Below, one piece after another: positions 48,946 to 58,149 of a DNA stretch of 64,000 bases. Numbering within the stretch: position 1 is the stretch's first letter; the number at the start of each line of letters is the position of its first letter. This DNA comes from an uncultured Coxiellaceae bacterium (lineage in GTDB: Bacteria; Pseudomonadota; Gammaproteobacteria; DSM-16500). A program made the position numbers and the translations under genes. Below the pieces are notes generated by a model. That model was given only the letters and a program-made list of their open reading frames with translations. It was not told the origin of the DNA and did not search any database. The stretch lies in the NCBI GenBank assembly GCA_964480845.1, contig CAYZRM010000001.1, forward strand, positions 6,402-70,401, given 5' to 3'.

Positions 48946-50632
48946 GGTTCAGGAAACTGATCATGTATTTGAGGTAGCAGGCGGTATGATTACCCATATG
49001 CTAGACTCATTGCATAATGTCGGTAGGACGAAAATTATTAGTGTTCATCATGAACAATCTTCTTCATTTGCTGTTGATGCTTACGGGCGATGCACTGGTC
49101 GCCCTAGTATTGCATTTGCCACTAGCGGTCCGGGTGCAACCAATTTGTTAACTGGTATAGGGAGCTGTTATTTTGATTCATCACCAGCTCTTTTTATTAC
49201 TGGCCAGGTCAACACCCATGAGCAAAAAAGAGATAAGCCAATTAGGCAATTAGGTTTCCAAGAAACAGACATTGTTTCTATGGCAAAACCAATTACTAAA
49301 AAAGTTTATCAGGTTGAAAGAGCTGAAGATTTTGAAGCTATTTTAAAAGAAGCTTACACCTTAACAATGAGTGGTAGGCCGGGCCCTGTTTTAATTGATA
49401 TTCCAATGAATATACAATCGGCTCAAATTGATGTTAGCGATATTGAATATATTCCCATACCGCAGGTAGATCAATTTCAAGAAATTAGTAAATTAATATT
49501 GTTAGAGCAGGCAATTAAGCAAGCTAAGAAACCTTTAATACTGGCAGGACAAGGCATCTCTTGTGCGCGTGCTAGAGCTGAATTTATTACCTTTATTGAA
49601 AAGCTAAATATTCCTGTCGTTTCTTCTTTGCTAGGCCTAGATTTATTGCCGTTTGATCACGCTTTACGTGTAGGTATGATAGGTAGTTATGGTAATCGTT
49701 GGGCTAATTTAGCGATTGGAGAAGCTGACTTATTAATTGTTCTCGGTAGCCGATTAGATATTCGACAAACCGGTGCGCATATTGATGGTTTTAGGCAAAA
49801 TAAGACAATTTTCCACATTGATTGCGATGCAGGTGAAATTAATAACCGCATGAAAGATTGCACTCCTATTGTGGCGGATGCCAACGATTTCTTGCTGAAA
49901 GCAAATCATTACTATCAAGCGCAAACCTTCCCTTCATTTAATGATTGGTTAGCTGACATTAACGCTTTAAAGGCGAAATGGCCTGATACGAATGAACTGC
50001 AAGGCTTTAAAGGTATTAATCCTAATGAGTTTATGCATGCTTTGTCAGCTGCAGCTAAAGATAGTGCAGCTTATCTAGTTGATGTGGGTAATCATCAGAT
50101 GTGGTCGGCTCAATCAATTGACCTTCATAAAAATCAATTATTTATTACAACGGGCGGTATGGGCGCTATGGGGTTTGCCTTGCCTGCCGCAATAGGTGCT
50201 TGTTTTGCTCTAAAGCAACAACCTGTCGTTGTTATTGCGGGTGATGGTGCATTTCAAATGAATATCCAAGAGCTGCAAACGATAGTTAGAAATAAGCTAC
50301 CTATTAAAATAGTCATTATCAACAATCAGGCATTAGGCATGATTAGGCAGTTTCAAGATAGCTATTTTGATAAACGCTACCAGTCAACCTATTGGGGTTA
50401 TAGCGCGCCTGATTTCTCTGCTGTTGCAAATGCTTACGGTATACCAGCCACTACGATAGATGCGACAGATGCTATACAAGAAGCGGTTGCCTGGCTGACA
50501 AGCCAACCTTCTGCTGCATTGTTGCAGGTAATGGTAGATACTCACATGAATGCTTATCCTAAAATAGCATTTGGTAAACCCATTACTGAAATGGAGCCAT
50601 TTGCTAAACCGGTAGAAATGGAAAGTACCTAA
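48902..50632 (+). CDS. Thiamine-diphosphate enzyme of the acetolactate-synthase large-subunit family (YerE-like candidate)
   Basis: About 575 aa. N-terminal Pyr domain (HEQSSSFAVDAYGR..GRP.IAFATSGPGATNLLTGI) and the ThDP motif GDGAFQMNIQELQTIVRNKLPIKIVIINNQALG (GDG...NN). No ilvN/ilvC neighbour. The start overlaps the 3' end of the GT2 gene. Confidence 0.8.
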   Translation: MKRMKISNYIAVFLKVQETDHVFEVAGGMITHMLDSLHNVGRTKIISVHHEQSSSFAVDAYGRCTGRPSIAFATSGPGATNLLTGIGSCYFDSSPALFITGQVNTHEQKRDKPIRQLGFQETDIVSMAKPITKKVYQVERAEDFEAILKEAYTLTMSGRPGPVLIDIPMNIQSAQIDVSDIEYIPIPQVDQFQEISKLILLEQAIKQAKKPLILAGQGISCARARAEFITFIEKLNIPVVSSLLGLDLLPFDHALRVGMIGSYGNRWANLAIGEADLLIVLGSRLDIRQTGAHIDGFRQNKTIFHIDCDAGEINNRMKDCTPIVADANDFLLKANHYYQAQTFPSFNDWLADINALKAKWPDTNELQGFKGINPNEFMHALSAAAKDSAAYLVDVGNHQMWSAQSIDLHKNQLFITTGGMGAMGFALPAAIGACFALKQQPVVVIAGDGAFQMNIQELQTIVRNKLPIKIVIINNQALGMIRQFQDSYFDKRYQSTYWGYSAPDFSAVANAYGIPATTIDATDAIQEAVAWLTSQPSAALLQVMVDTHMNAYPKIAFGKPITEMEPFAKPVEMEST

Positions 50633-50645
50633 TTAATATCAGCGG

Positions 50646-52340
50646 ATGATTAAATCATCCGCTACTCATAGATGTATTATAAAAGTGTATAATTTAACTA
50701 AAAGTTCTCAGTCTATTTTAATTATTCTTGGCTTAAGCTGCGTGATAGGTCTGTCTTGGTGGCTTAGCTACTATGGTTTTCCCTTTAACGATGAAAGCTT
50801 TCCACTAGCCACGTCTTTGCGTTTTGTTAATGGGCAAATTCCATTTAAAGATGATTTATCGCCTTACATAGGCATAGGTTTATTTTTAGCACCATTTATT
50901 AAATTGAGTTTGCTGCTGCATCAAGGAACCAATGAGTTAGTATTATTTATGCGGCAGCTATTTATTGCTTTTACTATGTTAGGCGCTCTTAGAATATATT
51001 ATGTCACTAAACAATATTGGGACACTGCTTTAGCTTTTTTCACAGCGTGTATGCTTATTGTTTATCATCCATTTGGCATTAATAATTTTCATTACGATAC
51101 AATGGCGGAAGTATTGTGGCCTTTAATATTGTTTAGTCTAGTTAATTTCGTAAGAAAGCCAGATAGCAGTAAAATAGCCTATATCATATTTTCGCTTTTA
51201 AGCTGTTTACTATGTCTTATTTATCCTACCTTTGCGCCATTTTTATTGGCGCTATATGTTGCTTGCCATTGTTGGATAAAGGATAAATTTATCTTTTGGT
51301 TTACGAATGTCGTGGTGGGTTCTTTAGTTGCCGCATTATTTTTAGGATTACTGTTTGGGTATTATAAAATTACAGGCGTCGATATTTTGCATGCTAAAGA
51401 GTTTAGTAGCCAATTGTTCGCGCTATCAACTACTGAGCATGGTCTAATAGGCAAAATTATAACTGTTTTTAGTCACCTGGTGCATGCGTATTGGAAATAT
51501 ATTATTTGTAGTTTTCTATTAGTGGGGTCAGCCGCTTTATTCAAAAAAAACTGGTTCACATTATTGGTCTTGGGCGTTTTATTTCTTCTTCCCCTTACTG
51601 GTATGTCATTTGCTCAAATTTATTTTCCTGATATATTTTACTACTTTAATTGTATTGGATTGTTAGGCCCTATCATTTATTGGTTGTTGTATCAGCCAGC
51701 AGGGGAAGACAAAAAATTATTTAACATTTTATTTCTAGCATCATTAGCAGCTGGTTTTTTAATTAGCGTAACAAGCTACAACCTAGATTTAAATTTTAAT
51801 ATCGGCTTTTTCCCTGCCACTTTGCTGGGCTTTTTTATTGCCTACCTAACTATTAAGCAGTGCTATCCTAAGCGATTTTATCAATACTCAGTGCTTATTT
51901 ATGGCTTGCTATTAACGGCTTTTTTTCAATGGAATGCTATCTACGCAGTGAGTGATAGAGGCATAGATATTTATAAAAATGCAGAAGTCTATGATACAAA
52001 AGGCGCATTGTATGGTCTTTATTTTCATCCATATTGGATGAAAATAGCAGAAGATCTGCAGCAAGATTTAGCAAAGTTAGATACTAACGAAAAAACATTT
52101 GTTTATTTTGGCGCATTTTCTGTTGGGTATTTATTGGTTAATCATTTAAAGCCAGGTGAATATCTATTGTTTTCTCCGTATAACTTAAACCATTTCGGTG
52201 CGGCGGTACGTTTTCCTAATATTACGATAGATTTATCGCGTTCTTTAGGCTTGCCTGATGACCATATTAAGGCTTATCTAAGCGGTGGAGCTTATAGAAA
52301 AATAATAACCAAACAGTACTACGATATTTACCAAGGATGA
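50646..52340 (+). CDS. Polytopic membrane protein, putative GT-C-fold glycosyltransferase (ArnT/PMT-like architecture)
   Basis: 564 aa with >10 predicted TM segments. An acidic motif sits in the first extracytoplasmic loop just after TM1 (YYGFPFNDESFPLA). A soluble C-terminal region of ~110 aa follows. The start is uncertain because the ATG at 50646 lies inside a hairpin. Confidence 0.5.
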   Translation: MIKSSATHRCIIKVYNLTKSSQSILIILGLSCVIGLSWWLSYYGFPFNDESFPLATSLRFVNGQIPFKDDLSPYIGIGLFLAPFIKLSLLLHQGTNELVLFMRQLFIAFTMLGALRIYYVTKQYWDTALAFFTACMLIVYHPFGINNFHYDTMAEVLWPLILFSLVNFVRKPDSSKIAYIIFSLLSCLLCLIYPTFAPFLLALYVACHCWIKDKFIFWFTNVVVGSLVAALFLGLLFGYYKITGVDILHAKEFSSQLFALSTTEHGLIGKIITVFSHLVHAYWKYIICSFLLVGSAALFKKNWFTLLVLGVLFLLPLTGMSFAQIYFPDIFYYFNCIGLLGPIIYWLLYQPAGEDKKLFNILFLASLAAGFLISVTSYNLDLNFNIGFFPATLLGFFIAYLTIKQCYPKRFYQYSVLIYGLLLTAFFQWNAIYAVSDRGIDIYKNAEVYDTKGALYGLYFHPYWMKIAEDLQQDLAKLDTNEKTFVYFGAFSVGYLLVNHLKPGEYLLFSPYNLNHFGAAVRFPNITIDLSRSLGLPDDHIKAYLSGGAYRKIITKQYYDIYQG

Positions 52341-54088
52341 AACAGGAGTTTAAGGTGGAAAAAACAAGTTATTTAAAAAGTATCATGGAATATACATTAG
52401 CATTTGTATTATCAATTGTTATTTATTTGTTGGTGTCGGGTACTTATCATCATCATACTTTAACAGTTTTGTATGATTACAATGGCGATGGGCTTTTTGC
52501 TGCTTCTTGGGTCAAATCCATCATTGAGCATGGCTGGTATTTATCTAATGAAAATTTAGGTGCGCCTAACGGCTACAATATGATCGACTTTCCCATGGCG
52601 GATAACTTTCATTTCCTTATTCTAAAAGGCTTGACCCTCTTTTCTAGTAATTATGCAGTAGTCGTAAATTTATTTTTTTTATTAACATTTCCCTCTATTA
52701 CGCTGATGACGTTATTTGTTTTAAAGCGATTTAATATTATTTACCCGTTTGCTTTAGTAGCTAGCTTATTATTCGCTTTTGTGCCTTATCATTTTGAACA
52801 TGGTCAATGGCACATCTTTTTATCCTCTTACTATGTTATTCCATTAGTCATATGGATCGCTTTATCTGTTACCGAAAGAGGTGCTTTAAATTTTATTTCT
52901 AATAGTGCTTATATTAGGTGGGGTGTTTTAACATTACTTTGTTTGCTCATCGGTTCATCAGGTATTTATTATGCATTTTTTGGTGTTTTCTATTTATTAA
53001 TGGCAGGCTTAATTGTTAGCGTGGTCAGAAGAGAATGGTTGCCTATTATACGGACGATGATACTGACAGGCTTGATTGTTGGAGCTGGGATATTAAATGT
53101 ATCAACTTATTTATTATACGGCCATGCCACAGAATCTGTTCAGCGCCATCCTGTAGAATCTGAAGTATACAGCATGAAGATTACGCCTTTGCTCTTACCC
53201 GCGGAGTTTCATCGCGTTGAGCCTTTAGCCAACTTCAAGCATTTTTATACCTCTACCACCAAGGGTAATGCAGGGATGACTTGCTCTTTAGGATTTATTG
53301 GTAGCCTTGGGTTCTTGTTTTTATTAGCAGCTATTATTTTTAGAAACGATGAAATAAAAAATGTAAAACCAGGCATGTCAGATTTTAATTTGATTGCAAA
53401 ATTAAATTTGTGTGGTGTGCTATTTGCAACAATGGGAGGATTTGGTGCTTTATTTGCTTATACCATTTCTCCTATGATTAGATGCTACGATAGAATGAGT
53501 ATTTTTCTAGCATTTTTCGCTTTTTATGCTTTCTTCTTTTTATTGCAAAGAAAATGGGTAGCGCATTACGGCACGACTAAGAATAAGTTACTCTGGCTAT
53601 TGTCATTGTTATTATTAGTACTTGGTATGTTAGATATCACTGTCAAAGATCATCTAACTAATTATATTAAGGTTAGTTCTACTCGTGTCATTAAGGCAAA
53701 AGTAGATAATGACAGGCACTTTGTACGTGAAGTAGAAAAGGTTATCCCTGCAGGTGGTATGGTTTTCCAACTACCTTATGTTATTTTTCCTGAAGCAAAT
53801 TATGAACACTTCCGGCCTTATCTCCACTCTAAGCATACGAAATGGAGTTTTGGTACCATGGCTGGTAGTAAAGTAGATGCATGGCAAAAACAAGTAGCTC
53901 TTTTACCACCTGCAGAAATGGTGGCAGAGTTAAAACGTGCAGGTTTTATTGGTATTTATATAAATAGAGATTTATATACTGATAAAGGGGTTGAGGTTGA
54001 GCTCGAAAAACAATTAACGTATTTAACTAAGAGTCAGCCTATTGTAAGCGAGAATGCTAGTTTAAGTTTTTTCTTAATCCCTAATTAA
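52337..54088 (+). CDS. Polytopic membrane protein with a ~150-aa C-terminal periplasmic domain, second putative GT-C-type transferase
   Basis: 583 aa. After TM1: YDYNGDGLF...LGAPNGYNMIDFPMADNFH, an acidic loop. About 11 TM segments. 4-nt overlap (ATGA) with the upstream gene. Confidence 0.45.
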   Translation: MKQEFKVEKTSYLKSIMEYTLAFVLSIVIYLLVSGTYHHHTLTVLYDYNGDGLFAASWVKSIIEHGWYLSNENLGAPNGYNMIDFPMADNFHFLILKGLTLFSSNYAVVVNLFFLLTFPSITLMTLFVLKRFNIIYPFALVASLLFAFVPYHFEHGQWHIFLSSYYVIPLVIWIALSVTERGALNFISNSAYIRWGVLTLLCLLIGSSGIYYAFFGVFYLLMAGLIVSVVRREWLPIIRTMILTGLIVGAGILNVSTYLLYGHATESVQRHPVESEVYSMKITPLLLPAEFHRVEPLANFKHFYTSTTKGNAGMTCSLGFIGSLGFLFLLAAIIFRNDEIKNVKPGMSDFNLIAKLNLCGVLFATMGGFGALFAYTISPMIRCYDRMSIFLAFFAFYAFFFLLQRKWVAHYGTTKNKLLWLLSLLLLVLGMLDITVKDHLTNYIKVSSTRVIKAKVDNDRHFVREVEKVIPAGGMVFQLPYVIFPEANYEHFRPYLHSKHTKWSFGTMAGSKVDAWQKQVALLPPAEMVAELKRAGFIGIYINRDLYTDKGVEVELEKQLTYLTKSQPIVSENASLSFFLIPN

Positions 54089-54098
54089 ATCAATAGCT

Positions 54099-54153
54099 AG
54101 GCAAATGTGAGAAAAGTTGGTGTGGATTTTTTCTACACATTTGCCTTTATTTC
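54099..54153 (+). terminator. Strong hairpin terminator at the end of the glycan operon
   Basis: aggcaaatgtgagaaaa ... ttttct(a)cacatttgcct, a ~17-bp stem with one bulge, followed by TTATTT. Confidence 0.65.
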
Positions 54154-54227
54154 AGTATAATAAACCACCTTTATATCAATCTCAGCTATCAGCTTTGTAA
54201 CTAGTTAATTTATATAGGAATAGGCCC

Positions 54228-54818
54228 ATGAACATTCTCAGTCTTCTAAAAGAACACCAAACCGTCATGGCTAGTCTAGAAGCGTTAATTCCTCAAATAG
54301 AGCAAGCTAGTGAGCGGATTTACCAAGCTATTGAAAAGGGCGGCAAAGTCTTTTTCATGGGAAACGGTGGCAGTGCCGCTGATGCACAGCATTTAGCAGC
54401 TGAATTAATCGGCCGGTTTTACGCGGAGCGTAGAGCACTACCTGGTATATCTTTAAGTACAGATACCTCAGTATTAACTTGTCTCACCAATGACTATGAC
54501 TATTCCATCGTTTTTTCCCGTCAATTAGAAGCCCTATGCCGTCCGGGTGACGTCGTGATTGGGTTATCGACTTCTGGTAACAGTAAAAATATTTTAAAAG
54601 CCATGGCAGCTGCCAAGCAATTGGGTGCTTATCGTATTGGCATGGCAGGTGTAGATGGTGGCTTGTTAAAAGAAGAGACAGATTTATGCTTCTGCGTTGC
54701 TTCTAAGAATACGCCACGTATACAAGAGGCGCATATTTTTATTGGGCATACTATTTGTGAAATAGTTGAAAAGAAAGCGGTAGAAGCAGGAAAAATAACA
54801 ACAGCTGTGATAGGTTAG
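54228..54818 (+). CDS. gmhA: D-sedoheptulose-7-phosphate isomerase (SIS domain)
   Basis: 196 aa. Motifs GNGGSAADAQHLAAEL and GLSTSGNSKNIL. Confidence 0.88.
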   Translation: MNILSLLKEHQTVMASLEALIPQIEQASERIYQAIEKGGKVFFMGNGGSAADAQHLAAELIGRFYAERRALPGISLSTDTSVLTCLTNDYDYSIVFSRQLEALCRPGDVVIGLSTSGNSKNILKAMAAAKQLGAYRIGMAGVDGGLLKEETDLCFCVASKNTPRIQEAHIFIGHTICEIVEKKAVEAGKITTAVIG

Positions 54819-55025
54819 TAATGACATGGCTTTCATTTAGAAGGCCTGGCAACATGGGTTGATCTTCGTTTTATCTTTCTATCTAAATGATAATAAGAGT
54901 TTTACCGTGTTTTTTACGGTAAGGTCTAATATAAATATCGCTTATAAGATGAAAATTCTGTTAATTCAAGAGGTTAAGATTATTTTAAATGGGCCATTCA
55001 GCATCTATTTTTCACTCATGCTATC

Positions 55026-55054
55026 CTTGAGCTTATAAGAATCACCCTCATATA
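55026..55054 (+). promoter_or_regulatory. Sigma32 (RpoH)-type heat-shock promoter of clpB
   Basis: CTTGAg (55026..55031), a 13-nt spacer, then CCCTCATAT (55045..53). The consensus is CTTGAA-N13-15-CCCCATnT. It lies ~35 nt upstream of the clpB ATG. Confidence 0.6.
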
Positions 55055-55088
55055 CAAGGAAGATAAATAAACTGAGGATTAATATCTC

Positions 55089-57683
55089 ATGCGAATGGAC
55101 AAGTTAACCAGCAAATTCCAAACCGCTTTAGCAGATGCGCAGTCATTAGCATTAGGCCAAGATCATGCTGTAATTGAGCCTATTCATGTGATGAAGGTAT
55201 TGTTAGATGAAGATCATAGTGACACAGCCTCTATATTAAGCAAAGCCCAAGTGAATCTTCCCAAATTAAAAAATGAATTAGATGCTGCTATTAAACGCAT
55301 GCCTAGAGTAGAGGGTGTGCCAGGTGAAGTGCATATCTCTAATGAGCTGAATCGTATTCTCAATGTCACGGATAAGCTGGCACAAAAACGCAAGGATCAA
55401 TATATCTCTAGTGAGTTATTCGTCTTAGCCGCCATAGAAGATAATGGCACATTGGGTGACATATTAAGGAATTGTGGTGGTAAAAAAGCAGCTATTGAAA
55501 GCGCAGTGGATCAAGAACGTGGAGGCCAAACAGTGCAAGACCCTAATGCAGAAGAGCAAAGAAATGCACTTAGTAAATATACAATAGATTTAACTGCATT
55601 AGCCGCTCAAGGTAAATTAGATCCTGTGATTGGTCGTGATGCGGAGATTCGTCGTACCATTCAAGTGTTGCAACGTCGATCTAAAAATAATCCTGTTTTA
55701 ATTGGCGAGCCCGGTGTCGGTAAAACAGCAATTGTGGAAGGCTTGGCACAACGTATTGTAAATAATGAAGTACCTGAAGGTCTGCGTGATAAACGCCTGC
55801 TTTCCTTAGATTTAGGTGCGCTAATAGCAGGTGCTAAATTTCGTGGTGAATTTGAAGAGCGTTTAAAGGCAGTTTTAAAGGATTTAAATAAACAAGAAGG
55901 CCAGATTATCTTGTTCATTGATGAGCTACACACCATGGTGGGTGCAGGTAAAGGTGAAGGCTCTATGGATGCTGGTAATATGCTAAAACCAGCATTAGCA
56001 CGTGGCGAGTTGCATTGTGTAGGCGCAACCACTTTGGATGAATACCGAAAATATGTGGAAAAAGATGCCGCATTAGAGCGACGTTTCCAACGTGTATTGG
56101 TGGAAGAGCCCAGTGTGACTGATACAATCGCGATCCTCAGAGGGTTAAAAGAGCGCTATGAAGTACATCATGGTGTGGAAATTACCGATTCTGCAATTGT
56201 AGCAGCAGCAACCTTATCTCATCGTTATATCACAGATCGTAATCTTCCCGATAAAGCGATCGATTTAATTGATGAAGCGGGTAGTAATATTCGCATGGAA
56301 ATTGATTCTAAGCCTGAAATGATGGATAACTTAGAGCGTCGTATTATTCAATTAAAAATTGAACGAGAAGCGCTTAAAAAAGAAAAAGATGAGGGATCTA
56401 AAAAGCATTTAGAAAAATTAGAGCACGATCTACATAGTCTGGAAGCTGAATATAAGAAATTGGAAGAGATTTGGAAGAAAGAAAAAGGTTCATTGCAAGA
56501 TGCCCAATCAATTAAGCAAGAGTTAGAAAAAGCTAGAACGGACTTTGAAGCAGCAAGGCGTGCTGGTGATCTCACTAAAATGGCAGAATTGCAATATGCT
56601 TTAATTCCTCAGTTAGAAAAGCAATTAGCAGAAGCATCCAACGAAACAGGTAAGCAAACAGAGAAACAATTATTGAGAAACAAAGTCACTGACGAAGAAA
56701 TTGCCGAAGTGGTTTCTAAGTGGACGCATATCCCCGTTTCTAAAATGCTAGAAAGTGAAAAGGAAAAGTTATTGCATATGGAAGATGCGTTGCATGAACG
56801 CATTATTGGCCAAAGCCAAGCAGTTAATGCAGTTTGCAATGCTATTCGTCGCTCTCGTGCAGGATTGGCTGATCCTAATCGACCTATAGGCTCTTTCTTG
56901 TTCCTAGGGCCAACAGGTGTTGGTAAAACAGAATTGTGCAAGTCTCTTGCTGGCTTTTTGTTTGATACCGAAGAGGCGGTTATTCGCCTAGACATGTCAG
57001 AATTTATGGAGAAACACTCAGTATCAAGAATTTTGGGGGCGCCTCCTGGCTATGTGGGCTATGAAGAGGGCGGATATCTAACAGAGCAAGTTAGAAGGAA
57101 GCCTTATTCTGTTATTTTGCTGGATGAAATGGAAAAAGCACATCCAGACGTTTTTAATGTGTTATTGCAAGTATTAGATGATGGTCGTTTAACGGATAGC
57201 CAAGGCCGAACAGTCGATTTCCGTAATACGATTATTGTGATGACCTCAAATCTGGGCTCTGATCTGATCCAAGATATTTCTAAGCATGGCGACTACTTTG
57301 AAATGAAAGAAGCTGTCATGGGTGTGGTTGGTAAGCACTTCCGACCTGAATTTATCAATCGTATTGATGAGATTGTGGTCTTTCATCCGTTGGATGAGGC
57401 TCAAATTAAGTCTATTGCTAATATTCAGATTAATCGCCTAAGATTACGATTGGCCGAGCGGGAATATGGGGTTGAAGTAACGCCTGCAGCCATGGATTAT
57501 CTTGCAAAAGCAGGCTATGACCCAGTTTATGGGGCAAGGCCATTAAAGCGTTCTATCCAACAGTACTTAGAAAATCCTTTAGCACAAGCTATTCTAAGTG
57601 GTAAATTTGTACCAGGCGATACCATCAGTGTAGAATTAAAGGATGATCAGCTAGTATTTAGTAAAGCGACCGTGGCGATTTAA
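55089..57683 (+). CDS. clpB: Protein disaggregase ClpB
   Basis: 864 aa. [23 protein letters not shown] matches the E. coli ClpB start. Two AAA+ modules (GEPGVGKTA and GPTGVGKTE) with a long coiled-coil M-domain between them. Confidence 0.95.
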   Translation: MRMDKLTSKFQTALADAQSLALGQDHAVIEPIHVMKVLLDEDHSDTASILSKAQVNLPKLKNELDAAIKRMPRVEGVPGEVHISNELNRILNVTDKLAQKRKDQYISSELFVLAAIEDNGTLGDILRNCGGKKAAIESAVDQERGGQTVQDPNAEEQRNALSKYTIDLTALAAQGKLDPVIGRDAEIRRTIQVLQRRSKNNPVLIGEPGVGKTAIVEGLAQRIVNNEVPEGLRDKRLLSLDLGALIAGAKFRGEFEERLKAVLKDLNKQEGQIILFIDELHTMVGAGKGEGSMDAGNMLKPALARGELHCVGATTLDEYRKYVEKDAALERRFQRVLVEEPSVTDTIAILRGLKERYEVHHGVEITDSAIVAAATLSHRYITDRNLPDKAIDLIDEAGSNIRMEIDSKPEMMDNLERRIIQLKIEREALKKEKDEGSKKHLEKLEHDLHSLEAEYKKLEEIWKKEKGSLQDAQSIKQELEKARTDFEAARRAGDLTKMAELQYALIPQLEKQLAEASNETGKQTEKQLLRNKVTDEEIAEVVSKWTHIPVSKMLESEKEKLLHMEDALHERIIGQSQAVNAVCNAIRRSRAGLADPNRPIGSFLFLGPTGVGKTELCKSLAGFLFDTEEAVIRLDMSEFMEKHSVSRILGAPPGYVGYEEGGYLTEQVRRKPYSVILLDEMEKAHPDVFNVLLQVLDDGRLTDSQGRTVDFRNTIIVMTSNLGSDLIQDISKHGDYFEMKEAVMGVVGKHFRPEFINRIDEIVVFHPLDEAQIKSIANIQINRLRLRLAEREYGVEVTPAAMDYLAKAGYDPVYGARPLKRSIQQYLENPLAQAILSGKFVPGDTISVELKDDQLVFSKATVAI

Positions 57684-57712
57684 TACATTATTTAGTGAAA
57701 GGATGACATCTC

Positions 57713-58144
57713 ATGTATAAGCACATATTGTTTACCACCGATCTAACTGACGATATGGAACATTTAATGGAAAAAGTAAAAATGATGCGTAGCTTTACTG
57801 GTGCAAAGTTGAGTTTAATCCACGTAGTGGAGCCCTTGCCTGGTTATAGTTATGCTTACTTGGGTGTAGAAGATATTGAGGGTCAGTTAATTGAAGAAGC
57901 TAGGGCAGCGCTTGCTAAACTAGGCAGTCAACTTGATGTAGGCAAAGATGATCAGCATATCGAAGTGGGCCCTACCAAAACAAAAATCTTGCAAATAGCC
58001 GAAGAAAATGGGGTGGATCTAATTATTTGTGGTAGTCATGGACGCCATGGCTTATCTCTTTTGTTAGGCTCAACCGCGAATGCTATTTTGCATGGTGCAA
58101 AATGTGATGTGTTAACTGTACGTTTACCTGAAGAGCTTGATTAA
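57713..58144 (+). CDS. Universal stress protein (UspA family)
   Basis: 143 aa. HILFTTDLT..., LIHVVEP, and the C-terminal ATP-binding-type motif ICGSHGRHGLSLLLGSTANAILHGAKCDVLTV. Confidence 0.85.
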   Translation: MYKHILFTTDLTDDMEHLMEKVKMMRSFTGAKLSLIHVVEPLPGYSYAYLGVEDIEGQLIEEARAALAKLGSQLDVGKDDQHIEVGPTKTKILQIAEENGVDLIICGSHGRHGLSLLLGSTANAILHGAKCDVLTVRLPEELD

Positions 58145-58149
58145 TTTCT

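Noticed and set aside
48902-50632. Ordinary branched-chain-amino-acid acetolactate synthase (ilvB/ilvI)
   Set aside because: There is no small-subunit (ilvN/ilvH) or ilvC neighbour. The gene start overlaps a glycosyltransferase gene inside a sugar operon. This remains the null hypothesis to test.
32259-54818. Glycan locus as a mobile genomic island
   Set aside because: No integrase, transposase, IS element, tRNA gene or flanking direct repeats are visible at either border. It is more AT-rich by eye, but that is usual for O-antigen loci.
55661-56995. Three minus-strand ORFs (55661..56032, 56348..56575, 56609..56995)
   Set aside because: All are antisense shadows inside clpB.
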